From Octopus sinensis (taxonomy: Eukaryota), in contig NC_042997.1 of the NCBI RefSeq assembly GCF_006345805.1, positions 77,686,001-77,750,000 of the forward strand: a stretch of 64,000 nucleotides of DNA, in the 5' to 3' direction. Position numbers and translations under genes: made by a program. The notes under the pieces were generated by a model. It was not told the DNA's origin and searched no databases. It was given only the letters and a program-made list of their open reading frames with translations. Below, piece by piece: positions 14,415 through 26,727 of the stretch; the stretch's first letter is position 1; every line of letters starts with the position of its first letter.

Positions 14415-14594
14415 GATGGCACATAAAAAGCACTCACTTCACTCTTCAAGTGGTTGATGTTAGGAAGGGCATCCAGCTGTAGAAACCATGCCAAATCAAA
14501 CTAGAACCTGGTGCAGCTCTCTGACTTACCAGTTCCAGTAAAACCATCTAACCCATACCAGCATGGAAAGTGGACATTAAATAATGATGATGAA
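14415..14594 (+). mobile_element. RTE 3' terminal fragment
   Basis: TTAGGAAGGGCATCCAGCTGTAGAAAC...GCATGGAAAGTGGACATTAAATAATGATGATG matches the RTE tail seen at 18935. Confidence 0.7.
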
Positions 14595-15318
14595 ATAAAA
14601 GTTTGAAAAAAAAAAAACATTTATCCTTACATTCTTCTGTTTAAAAAAAAACCTTTTGTGAATGAAGTGTGAAAATAGCTGCTTCAAGTTCACACTTTTG
14701 ATTTCATTTCTGGTTCTCATGGTAATATTACATATAAAACATCGTAAACTTCATACAATTGAAGTCATGAAATTGTGTTGCTGTTTAAGCAATGTCCCAA
14801 ATTAATATTTTTAATTGATGTTCTTTAAAACAGCGAGTGGATGTGGATGTTCATTTTGCATGCGCTTGTGCAGATGCATACATATATACATATGCACTTG
14901 TAAACACATATATCCATGCATATTAATAAAACCTATTAAGCATGGAAAGTGGACATTAAATAATGATGATGAAATAAAAGTTTGAAAAAAAAAAAACATT
15001 TATCCTTACATTCTTCTGTTTAAAAAAAAACCTTTTGTGAATGAAGTGTGAAAATAGCTGCTTCAAGTTCACACTTTTGATTTCATTTCTGGTTCTCATG
15101 GTAATATTACATATAAAACATCGTAAACTTCATACAATTGAAGTCATGAAATTGTGTTGCTGTTTAAGCAATGTCCCAAATTAATATTTTTAATTGACGT
15201 TCTTTAAAACAGCGAGTGGATGTGGATGTTCATTTTGCATGCGCTTGTGCAGATGCATACATATATACATATGCACTTGTAAACACATATATCCATGCAT
15301 ATTAATAAAACCTATTAA
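14561..15318. repeat. Near-perfect direct tandem duplication, 2 x 379 bp
   Basis: 14561-14939 and 14940-15318 are almost identical (e.g. ttgatgttct vs ttgacgttct). Confidence 0.95.
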
Positions 15319-15639
15319 ACATTTTAAAACCAACATATCACTGTCAGTGTTTTGCATCCACTTTTCCATGTGGTCATGGGTTGGACAGTTTCTCTGAAAT
15401 AGTGATTTACAGACAATTGTACTTTCTTTTGCCAAATCTTTTAACCACCACTTGCAACACACATATATGCAGCATACCTATTCTGAAAGTGGAGTACACA
15501 CAGTAAATATAATGTACCAACACATGGTATGATAAATTTCTATTTCATAGTTGAGTTCAGTTGTAAAAACCAGGGGCAGGAGATGCCATAAATTTTCAAA
15601 TATTTCTACCTAGTTCAAGATTAAAAATAAAAAAAAGAT

Positions 15640-16440
15640 ACCATTTTGGTTACAGTCACTAATCTCTATATCTGGTCAATTAGCATTTCTGTTCAATTAA
15701 TCATTTACAATTCCAACTACTTGTAAATATCAGTTGGATTTTCTGTTGATGAATTCTTTAATTATTGCTGGGGTAAACCCTTTGGGTTGTTGTCTTACTG
15801 AAAAATTCATGACCAACTCAGTTCTTGGTATATGGAAACATTCTCCAAGATCTCCAGATAGGCTATACTATTCATGATGCAGCTCCATTTCCAGACAACT
15901 CTAAACAATGACATTGCCACCACCATGCTTCAATATCAGATTCATGAACTCTGTGTGATATCCTTCCCCTGTATGATATTGGACATCAGAGCTAAATTAA
16001 ATTTCAACAGATGACAGCATTTTTGACCAGTCTGGTAGCATCCAGTTCCAATACTCCTGAGTGAACTGAATACAAGCAGATTAGTTTTTTAAAGAGAAAT
16101 GTACACTTTTAAGCATAAGACCTCCTACAAAACCCAAACTGCTTTAGTTGACTTTTTATGGTAGTGAGATCAATCTTATTGAACATCTTTCAAAATGTCA
16201 ATAATAGTCATTTTCCTATTTTTCATCAAGAAGTACTGAATATACCATTCCATCCTTTCAGTACATGTTCATGGCTTCTCTGAATGAGAATAGTCAGAAC
16301 AGCTAATTGTTCCATTGAAGATGATAGAATGGTCAGCAACAGTTTACTTAACATCCATCTTTGACAGCTATGGCTAAAAAAAATCCATTTCAGCTTAAGA
16401 AGTTGGATGATTCTTAATTGCATCTCTGATGGTAAGCAGT
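15640..16440 (-). mobile_element. Degenerate Tc1-like transposase remnant
   Basis: Minus-strand pieces KHGGGNVIV, MNSIAYLEILE and DNNPK resemble Tc1 DDE-domain motifs; frames broken; TIRs not identified. Confidence 0.6.
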
Positions 16441-18934
16441 TCTACTTATTCATCACAACAGACCTTAGGTTGATATAATCAAACAGAATATCAACTATTA
16501 AAAGTTTATTTCCCAAAATGTTCTTCAATTAAGTGATGCTTTTCATAATTGTAGTGTTGCTAATAGTCAATGAATGCTAATGAAATTTTTTTATTTAAAC
16601 ATATGCCCTTTGAAAGAATTAAAAAATATATTTTTTAATCATAATTTTTGACATACAATTAAATAAGAAAAAATAATTATAGTTTGATCATCAGTATAGT
16701 CTTCAAATTAAATTGATACCACAGCTCATACACACAAACACACATATATATATGCACATATATATATTGCGCACACACACACACACACACACACACATAA
16801 AGAAAGTGTGTGTGTGTGTGTGTGTATGTGTGTGTGCAAGCATGCATGTGTGTGTATACATGCGTCCACATATAATTGTGCTAAGTTGTATGTGTGCTGG
16901 AAGGAAACGAAGGCTCCATGATTGAAAATGCCTGTAGACATAACACATGAAGACACACACCCACACATGTGAATATACAATAATTTGGACAGATACAATC
17001 ATATGCTTTATATATATATAAATTTAGCCTTGATCTAAAAATGGTTACAGCCCAGAAGTTTCAGCAACCAAGATGGAAAATTGACTAGTTACAGTGTTAA
17101 AACCTTGTTAGGATTCATTTAGTTACTTCTCAATGCTGAAAGACTAGTTAGTGAAAATATGTACGGCAAACATAAAGAAGATCAAGGAAGATTTAATTAC
17201 ATTTACATATAAAGAAAATTTCATATTTTTCATAAATAATTTCACAACACTTTCTCAGTAGCTAGAAGAAAGTGAATCCAAATGAGGTTGAGACAAGTCA
17301 ATTCGAAACTTTCATAATACTTGCAGAGAGCCCTGTGATTTAACTAAGGGGTCTGCTTTCACACTGAGATGAAATCTATGCTTAACATATGTTTGTTACT
17401 ATTCACAAATTTACTTTAAAATACACTGCATCAATACCCCATCATTCAATCTTATATGCATACATACATGCATGCATATGCATATACACCCACCCATGTG
17501 TATATGTATGTATATTACAGACATACACACACACACATACATGCATATACGTAGGTAGATAACTACCTTTTACAAGCTTTTAGAATTTCATTGACTTTAC
17601 ACATGTTAGATCGATCACTGCACTTTTATAATCAAACATATCTGTCAATATTATTATTGATACTGATCTTTCAAAGGAGGGAGGTGATGTTCATACTATA
17701 TATATAACCAAAATATGATGAAGACTATCTTAGACTTGCAACATACCTGCCTACCACATGCAGGGTTAGTCTGAAAAAGACAACTCTCATGAAAGAAATA
17801 TTGAAAAATTGAAACATATAAAAGTAACTGTAATAGAAGACTGGATTAAATGACCTTCAGTATTTACTGATATTTGATTTAAGTTCAAAACTTTAAGTAA
17901 CTCTGACTTTCATTCAAATGAGGTGAATAAAATAGGTATTGGCAGAGACCAGACACAACTATAACCTTTTCCCATAAAGTTGTAGCCTTGTGTTTATGTT
18001 AAAAGTTTTTACTGGCATGACTTAACTCTTTGAACATAAATATCTGAGCCCCACAGAGTCTATATTCTCTGAATCTCTCTATATATAAAACTGAGAATAT
18101 GTGTCTGTCTGTCTGTCTGTGTGTTTCCCTAAAACTTGAGAACTACACAACCAATTTCATTCAAATTTTGCACATGCCTTACTTAGGGTCTGGGGAGTGT
18201 CATGGGCAAAAAAAAATGTTCAACTTCTTGCCTAGGGCAAGCCCATAGCAATACCATATCTTCTCCACTATTTCAGTATTACGTGTTAAAAGTGAAACAA
18301 AAACATTTCTCTATTTTATGTCAGATACTTTAACAATAAAAATTAGAGATAATAATAACAATTGAATTATATGTAGTAAGTAATAATTAAAATCAAACTA
18401 AAGTATAAAATAATCGTAACATAACAAAAGTAAAAATAGCAATTGGTATAAAATTGCATCAATGACTTGAACTTGAATAAGTGGTTTCACATGAATGGGA
18501 ATAAATAAAAAATAAAATTAATGCGCGGAAATGGAATAGTCCATTAAATTAAAGGAAAGACTATTGTCTATAAAGTATACAATGTAGAGAAAAAAAAAAG
18601 ATTTTAACACCTGAAGGAAAGCACCATCGAAAAGTGTCTTGGTGCGACTATGAAAGATATCAAGTATCTAACCAGAGGCGGTAAATTCGCCACAATAGAA
18701 GCAAGGTTCGAGTCAACGGAGCGTGCAAGGAAGTACTCGACTGGAACCTTGCAAAGTGGAAATATTTTATTTTTACCTTTATATCTGGGACGTAGGACGT
18801 CCTGGATAAAAATTTAAAATGTCCCCCCAGAAGTAAAGGTAGGCTGGATTGTAGCCACACTTCTATAGAAGAGGGAGGACAAGATACAACTGATCGAAAT
18901 TGCAAGAGACGGGCCTACAATTCCAGTCTGTTAT

Positions 18935-21900
18935 CATCATCATCATCATCGTTTAACGTCCGTTCTCCATGCTAGCATGGGTTGGACGGTTCAACCGGGG
19001 GTCTGGGAAGCCAGAAGGCTGCACCAGGCTCCAGTCTAATCTGGCAATGTTTCTACAGCTAGATGCCCTTCCTAACGCCAACCACTCCGTGAGTGTAGTG
19101 GGTGCTTTTTACGTGCCACCTGCACAGGTGCCAGGTGAGGCTGGCAACGGCCACGGTCAGATTGGTGTATTTTATGTGCCACCGGCACGGAAGCCAGTCG
19201 AGGCGGTGCTGGCATCGGCCACGAGTCGGATAGTGCTTTTTACGTACCACCAGACCAGCGATCCTGGCTGGTTCAATTCGATTTCGATTTCGCTTGCCCC
19301 AACATGTCTTCACAAGCAAAGGGGGTTGGCATGGGTGCCTGTCGTACGGTCGGATTGGAGTATTTTACGTGCCACCGGCACGGAAGCCAGTCAAAGCGGC
19401 GCTGGCATCGGCCACGAGTCGGATAGTGCTTTTTACGTACCACCAGACCAGGGATCCTGGCTGGTTCAATTCGGTTTTGGTTTCGATTTCGCTTTCGCTT
19501 GCCCCAACATGTCTTCGCAAGCAAGAGGGGGTTGGCATCGGTGCCTGTCGTCGGATGAGGTTCTATATCGACTTCGCTTGCCTCAACAGGTCTTTGTGTC
19601 CAAGGGAGGAAAGGCATTCATAAGTGGGCTGGGCTCACTTGTCCTGCCTGGTCTTCTCACGTACAGAATATTTCCAAAGGTCTCGGTCGCTGGTCATTTC
19701 CTCAGTGAGGCCTAAAGTTCGAAGGTCGTGCTTCACCACCTCGTCCCAGGTTTTCCTGGGTCTACCTCTTCCACGGGTTCCCTCAACTGCTAGGGATTGG
19801 CACTTTCTCACACACCTATCTTCATCCATTCTCGCCACATGACCATACCAGCGCAATCGTCTCTCTTGCACACAACTGATGCTTCTTAGGTACAACATTT
19901 CTCTCAAGGTGCTAACGCTCTGTCGAGTATGTACACTGACATTACACATCCATCGGAGCATACTAGCTTCATTCCTCACGAGCTTACGCATGTCCTCAGC
20001 AGTCACGGCCCATGTTTCACTGCCATGTAGCATGGCTGTTCGTACACACGCATCATACAGTCTGCCTTTTACTCTGAGCGAGAGGCCTTTAGTCACCAGC
20101 AGAGGTAAGAGCTCCCTAAACTTTGACCAGGCTATTCTTATACTAGCAGTTACACTTTCAGCGCATCCACCCCCACTACTGACTTGGTCACCTAGATAAC
20201 GGAAGCTATCAACTACTTCTAGTTTTTCCCCCTGGAAAGTGACGGAAGTTGTTTTCTGCAGATTTTCGGAGGTTAATGCTCCCGAGCATCTGCCACATAC
20301 AAAAACTATCTTCCCAGTTAGCCTACCTTTGACATTGCTGCACCTCTTATGTGTCCATAGCTTACACTGGGTACATCTTATAGAGTTTCTACCTACACCT
20401 TTTCTACAGGTCGAGCAGGGCCATCTTCCTGAAGACATTTGTGGATTGTCTACCTTCCTACTTATTAGTACTTTGGTTTTAGCTAGGTTGATTCTAAGGC
20501 CCCTTGATTCTAAACCCTCCTTCCACACCTGGAACTTCTCCTCCAGTTCTGATAGTGACTCAGTAATTAGAGCAAGGTCGTCAGCGTAGAGGAGCTCCCA
20601 GGGACAACCTGTCTTGAATTCCTCCGTAATTGCCTGGAGTACTATGATAAATAGGAGGGGGCTGAGTACTGAACCCTGGTGGACCCCAACCTCTACTTTG
20701 AATTCTTCTGTGTACATGTTGCCAACCCTAACCTTACTTACGGCATCTCTGTACATGGCTTGCACAGTCCTCACCAGCCATTCATCTATCCCTAGTTTCC
20801 TCATTGACCACCAGATAAGGGATCGGGGGACCCTATCAAAAGCTTTCTCCATGTCAACGAAAGCCAGGTACAGGGGCTTATCTTTGGCTAGGTATTTCTC
20901 CTGCAGCTGCCTTACCAGGAATATAGCATCAGTGGTACTTTTCCCTGGCACGAACCCAAACTGCATCTCATCTAAACTAACCCTCTCTCTAATTAGTTGG
21001 GCTATGACCCTCTCCGTAACCTTCATTACTTGATCCAACAGCTTGATACCTCTGTAATTATTTGTATCTAGGGCATCACCTTTACCTTTGTAGCAGTTGA
21101 CTAGTATGCTGCTGCACCAGTCATTGGGTATGACTCCTTCGTGTATCACCTGGTTGACTATACGGGTGACTAGGTTATAGCCGACACTGCCAGATATTTT
21201 GAGCATCTCTGCAGTAATTCCCGATGGGCCTGGGGCTTTCCCTGTCTTCATGCTTCTAATTGCCTTAGCTACCACGGAACTATCAACTCGGATAGCTGGT
21301 CCCTCTGTTGGGTCAACATTCGGCAGACTCTCTTTATCCCATTCATTTTCTTTATTCAGCAACCTTTCATAGTGGCATCTCCAAACCTCTCTCTTTGCAT
21401 CCTCATTTAGCGCAAGTGAACCATCATCCATGCGAACACACTTCTCTCCTACCACATCATGATTCTCTCTCACACACTGTCTTGCAACATGAAATACCTC
21501 AAGTCTTTCATCCTCACGGCTCAGAACATTGGCAAATTTTTTCTTATCCGCTTCCCCTCTGGCTAAATAAACCTGTCTCCTAGCTTCCCTTCTGGCTGTC
21601 TGATACAATTCCCTGCTACCCCCTTTTGTCTAATAGCCCTGTCAACCACAGTGTTCCACCACCATGTTACTCTGGGTCGAGATGGTACTTTGCTCCATCC
21701 ACAGATCTGGTCAGTGGCTGTCAGCAGATTGTCCCGTAGAAATCTCCACTTGCTTTCCACATTAAGTGAAGCTATATCCCCTTCTATTTCGTCAAAGGCT
21801 TCGAGTAGTATGTCTCTAAATCTCTGTCCATTTGCAGGATCTTTAAGCTTCCAGACCCTTCTCCTCCAAGCAGGTCTTCTTCTGGGCAACCATTTAGCTC

Positions 21901-22401
21901 TGATCCTGAAGTCGCTAACTACTAATCTATGTTGAGGAGTACATTCTTCGCCTGGAAAGGTTTTGGCATTTATAAGCAGCCCTCTTTCCCTTTTTCTGGC
22001 AAGGATGTAGTCAATCTGGCTAGTGTCTCTGCCAGAACGGTAGGTGACTAGGTGAGAGGTGGGTTTCCTGAAGTTGGTATTGCAGACCATAAGGTCATTT
22101 GCATCGCAGAACTCCAGCAGCCTGGTTCCCTCCTCATTACGAGAGCCAAAACCGTAGCCTCCATGAACGCCATGGAAGCCCCCGACATGCCGTCCAACAT
22201 GTCCATTGAAATCACCTGCCACGAAGAGAAGGTCACTGTCATTTGTCAACGAGGTAGTCCGCAATAGGGTGTCATAGAATTGGTCTTTTTGTCCTTCCGG
22301 TAGCCCTGGTTGAGGGGCATATGCCGAGATGATAGTAACTGACCTATGGTGAAGCACTAATCTAATCTTAAGTACTCTAATCTTAAGTAATCTAATCTTA
22401 A
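18935..22401 (-). mobile_element. 5'-truncated RTE-clade LINE (3.47 kb)
   Basis: APE endonuclease plus RT coding, 3' UTR with repeats, (GAT)n tail at 18935-18950, GTTAT duplicated at 18930-18934 and 22402-22406. Confidence 0.93.
19635..22357 (-). pseudogene. RTE ORF (endonuclease C-terminal part, RT, PHD-like finger), frameshifted near 21600
   Basis: ORFs 21563-22357 (AGDFNGH, SQIDY, HRLV) and 19635-21608 (YRGIKL, KAFD, HQGSVLSP, LLYADD); a short deletion relative to the copy at ~34200 splits the frame. Confidence 0.9.
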
Positions 22402-23172
22402 GTTATATATTTTGATTATTGTTATCACTAGCGATATCAAGATATAACTTTGTATTTTATGTGTAGATGTATATATATAGATGTACACATATATATACAC
22501 ATATATACATGCACTAGCACTATGACCCGGCGTTGCCAGGTCATAATGCTAGTATGATATAAAGTAATACCATCAGATGATGTGGTAACTATTTCTAACA
22601 GCTATACGTACTGCCCAAATGCACAACACCTGCAGCCAGTTTGAACTAAAACGAGTGTATAGTACAATACATCTACAATGTAAAGACAATCAACAAGTTC
22701 AGCTCTCTAGCATAGAATACAACAAAGCTTTTTGGATTATTACACACTTCTGCTGGTAACTTCAGAGCTTCACTTAAAACACCTTTTCTGCAGTAAATGC
22801 AGTTGTTGGAGCAAAGAACAAAATCAATGAAACAAATAACAAATCATCTTCAGTATCATTATAAAGTAAAAACCCATAATTACTAAAATAATTATGTCAT
22901 CAAGAAACTGTAGGCACATGCACGTATGCACACACACACAATCTCTTCATGAACCAAATATTCTTCAAAAGATGGTGTTTAGCTCCAGCTAGTTTCATAA
23001 AGGAGACAAGAAACAAATCTCACACCCAAAGACTAAATCCTATATCTTTTGTCTTTTACACATTTCAGTCATTGGACCATAGCCATGCTGGGGCACTGCC
23101 TTCTCATGACTGGAATAAAAAAATTAAATCAAATTTATTGCAATAAACCATACAAAATAGCTTAACACTTAC

Positions 23173-23254
23173 TCCATGTGTAACCATGTTTGCAAGGTGT
23201 TCGACATCTGTGGGGATATATGCTTGACCAGGTCCAGCACGGTTGTTCATTAAG
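23173..23254 (-). CDS. MMD: MMD-like exon (LMNNRAGPGQAYIPTDVEHLANMVTHG), most 5' exon found
   Basis: ctctttccag acceptor, gtaagt donor, 82 nt; PAQR ExxxNxxxH motif (EHLANMVTH); aligns to MMD [26 protein letters not shown]; ATG at 23250. Confidence 0.92.
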
Positions 23255-25364
23255 CTGGAAAGAGAACCAAGAGATTTATCAAAAGCAGAAACTGATATCC
23301 TCATTATTTAATTTAAAGAAACTTAGTACACTACTGATAAACAAAACTGTTGTGATGGTGTTGTTGCTCTTGCCATATGGAAGTAGCTAGCTAAGTCTTT
23401 TTAAAGCATGTATACTATGCTTCATTTCAATTCTGGTCTTATACTATATGCTGCAAATAGACAGGAATAGGGGGGAAAGTAGTCTGTCTGTATGTGTGTG
23501 TGAGTGTGTGTGCGTGCGTGCATGTGATTAGTGTAAACTGTCGGAAAAAAAGAATACTCAGTACAACACATTAATTTTACTTTCAAAGAATTTTCCCATT
23601 GAGTACCTGTTTGGTTGTGTAACATTGCAAGCAAGCAAGACTAAAGTTCTGAGTTTCACTTGAGTGTGCACTAGATCTTCAGTCAAGCTATGATTGAAAA
23701 TTAATGGGATTTGCACATCTATATGTAGCTTTTGTTATAGGGTGTAGTGATGGTGATAAAAAATATAATGAAGAGGGAGAAATGATAAAGGAGAAAGAAA
23801 GAACCAAAGAGAAGAAAAAGAAAGAGAAGAGAAAGAGTAAAAATGGAAAAAGAAAAATGAAGCAGAAAAAAGGAAAAAGGAACAGAAGAAAATTGAGAAA
23901 AAGAAGAAAGGAGTAAGGAGAGAGTAAGAGGAAATGAAGAAAGTAGAGAGACAGAATGAATAAAAAACTAAATCAAGAGCAAACAACTGTAAAATAAACA
24001 AGACAACAGATATTACAGGTGAACTTTTAAACTAGTTTAGATGCATTTATTATTAAAGAATATAGTGAAAATAATTCAGTAGCACAATGACAAACTCATT
24101 GAAACATCAGTTAGAATGCCTCAGAGTATTTGTTCTGACATTCTGCTCTCTGAGTTCAAATTCTGCCAAGGTCAGCTTTGCTTTTTATCCTTTCAGAGTT
24201 GATAAAAGCTATCAACTGAGGGTTGTGGTTGGCAGTATAGTCAAAACAATGGAGGGAATTCCTTGCAGTATTTGTTTCCATTCTTTGTATTCTGTCAACA
24301 ATGCCTGTGACAACACCGGTGCCAGGTTGTGCAGGCCTTAAGGCAGTGATTTTTATCAGGGATAACATGAAGGCTGTGGAGGGAAGAGACCTGTATACAC
24401 AAACATGCCAAAATCTGTGCATACAAGTACAGATACTTGGTCAACCCTAGAGCAATGGAGGCCCTAGAAAGTTAAGTTCTTCATTGTTTTTAGTTCAAAA
24501 CTCATTAGTTTCCTCAGTCAAAAAGAAATAAAATAAGCATAGGTAATATACTATTAACATTTAATTGTCATAAACTCAACATCTCTCACAAAATTGATGT
24601 TGCAACCAAAAATATTTAATAATGACCTTTATGTAAAAATTGAGCTTATATAATAGGCTGTTGCCATTTTTAATCTTGATATGCTACTTATGCAAACTCT
24701 TGTTTAATATATGTGTGCGCTGCATTATAGATATACACAGAATTAAGCTTGAATCTCATGCCATAATCTGCTTAATATACCCAACAGGGTGTTGTAGGTA
24801 AATTAAAAATATCTGCATTACTGTAAACATCAGATGAGATAAGTGCAACTAACAAATGTTTGTCTATTTATTCTACATTAGTGTATCTTACAGGAAATTG
24901 AAAGTTGTTCATAGTTAATAATCTGAAATAGGTTCAGGAACTCTTCCAGTTGCATAACATTCAACATTATATATTAAAGAAGTATAAAAGTGGAGTAGCT
25001 GGCTATTCACAGATGAAAAAGAAGTGCCACCGCTGCCACAAGATAATGCACAATTAATTCAAAACAATATGAATAAATAAGCATTACATTTGACAGAATA
25101 ACCTGAATGCTAAAGGGTTAAGAGGTGGAGATTTGATTCCTTGAAATTATCTCCTTTTTTTGCTGAGAGGCACTAATAATTGCAGCTAGGTTTTATTTTA
25201 TTTTTCTAAGAGGCAAATATTTGATTAAAAATTATTTGTAAATGACATTCAGTTCATCACCTCAGATGAAGCTATAAACAGAGTGATAAACAGACAGGTA
25301 GATAGGTGGGTGAGTCTATAGATATATCAATAAATATGCAGAGAGAGAGAGAGATATTAACAGA

Positions 25365-26727
25365 CTAGATTACCCATGACCCGTTGGGTCACCAGAAAAG
25401 TCTGAGATTCCCAGCAACAGAGTTTTGTTTCATGGGTCTTTTTCTCTTTTCCAAGTTATTTCGCATGCTTTCAACGAATGTGACATCGAAATCACATGTA
25501 AATGTCTCCTTTCCTCAGAAAAGGAAACATTTGGCTGCTATTTCTTGCATGCCCTGCTACCATGTAACATGTATTTTGGGTTCTTTATCGCAAATAGCTG
25601 TTACGTAGTAGCCGAGCGTGCTAGAAATAGCAGCCAAATCTTTGGAGGTGAGATACATTAAATGCACTTAAAAGAAACCTATGGAAAACTATTTCACATC
25701 GCAGTTACAAATGGGTCTTTTACGAAATATTTATTGTATTTTTAAAGTCATTTTCACTTTAAAATATTTTGCCCATTATAATATGTCTAATAGAAAGGTT
25801 AGAGTTTCTTCCTTTTCAGGGTTAAGTTATTTTCAGAGTATTTTCCCATTATGCACTGTTTTGGGTATCTATACTCACAAAACCCCAAATATCTCAATAA
25901 CCACTGGTCTGATTTATGCAAAACTTGTTTTATTCCATTTGTATTCACATTTCAGTGGCACTTTACTTTCAAAGAATTTTCCCATCATGTACCTGTTTGG
26001 TTGTGTAACATTGCAAGCAAGCAAGACTGAAGTTCATCTTTAATGTATTACTAGACTACCTACGACCCATTGGGTCACCAATAATTCACAGTACCGGGAA
26101 AGTCTGAGTTTCCCAGCAACTGAGTTTTGTTTTCTAGGTTTTTTTGCTTTTCCCTGTTACTTCACATGCTTCCAATAAATGTGACATCGAAATCATGCGT
26201 AAACGGCTCCTTTCCCCAGAAAAGGAAAGATCTGGCAGCTATTTCTTGCATGCCCTGCTACCACATAACAGGTATTTTTGGTCCTTTACCACAAATAGCT
26301 GTTACATGGTAGCAGGGCATGCTAGAAATAGAAGCCAAATCTTTGGAGGTGAATGCACTTGAAAGAAACCTATGGTAAAAAACTATTTTGCAGCGAGGTT
26401 ACGAATGCATCTTTTAAGAAATATTTACTGTATTTTTAAAGTCATTTTCACTTAAAAATATTTTGCCCATCATAATGAGTCTAATGGAAAGGTTAGAGTT
26501 TCTTCCTTTTCAGGGTTAAGTTATTTTCAGTCTTTTCCCATTAAGCACCATTTTGGGTATTTATACCCACAAAACCCTGAATATCTCAATGACCACAGGT
26601 CTGATTTACGCAAAATTTGTTTTATTACATTTGTATTCACATTTCAGGGGCAATTAAAATTCAAAGTATTTTCCCATCATGCGATGGTTTGCAAGCAAGC
26701 AAGATTGAAGTTCATTTTTAATGTAAT
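25365..26727 (-). mobile_element. Two head-to-tail Helitron-like units (family H3, ~680 bp each)
   Basis: Each unit has CTAG (25365, 26051) next to a GACCC-3nt-GGGTC hairpin; units are clearly homologous; a third fragment lies at ~23575-23650. Confidence 0.6.

Larger units (their letters stand above)
18074..22552 (+). mobile_element. Non-autonomous Helitron (family H2) interrupted by an RTE insertion
   Basis: A|TC 5' end at 18074, palindromic CTAG|T 3' end at 22552; 18074-18934 plus 22402-22552 is colinear with the H2 copies at 38210 and 45956. Confidence 0.82.

Noticed and set aside
19879-22267. Plus-strand ORFs overlapping the RTE (also 32835-34504)
   Set aside because: Antisense shadows of the RTE coding frame.
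23704-24001. Lys/Glu-rich and Phe/Ser-rich ORFs
   Set aside because: Translation of a purine-rich GA tract.
24892-24922. 31-nt candidate upstream MMD exon with ATG, acceptor and GTAAGA donor
   Set aside because: Its ATG frame ends in phase 0, but the next exon needs phase 2; no homology. Could only be a UTR exon.
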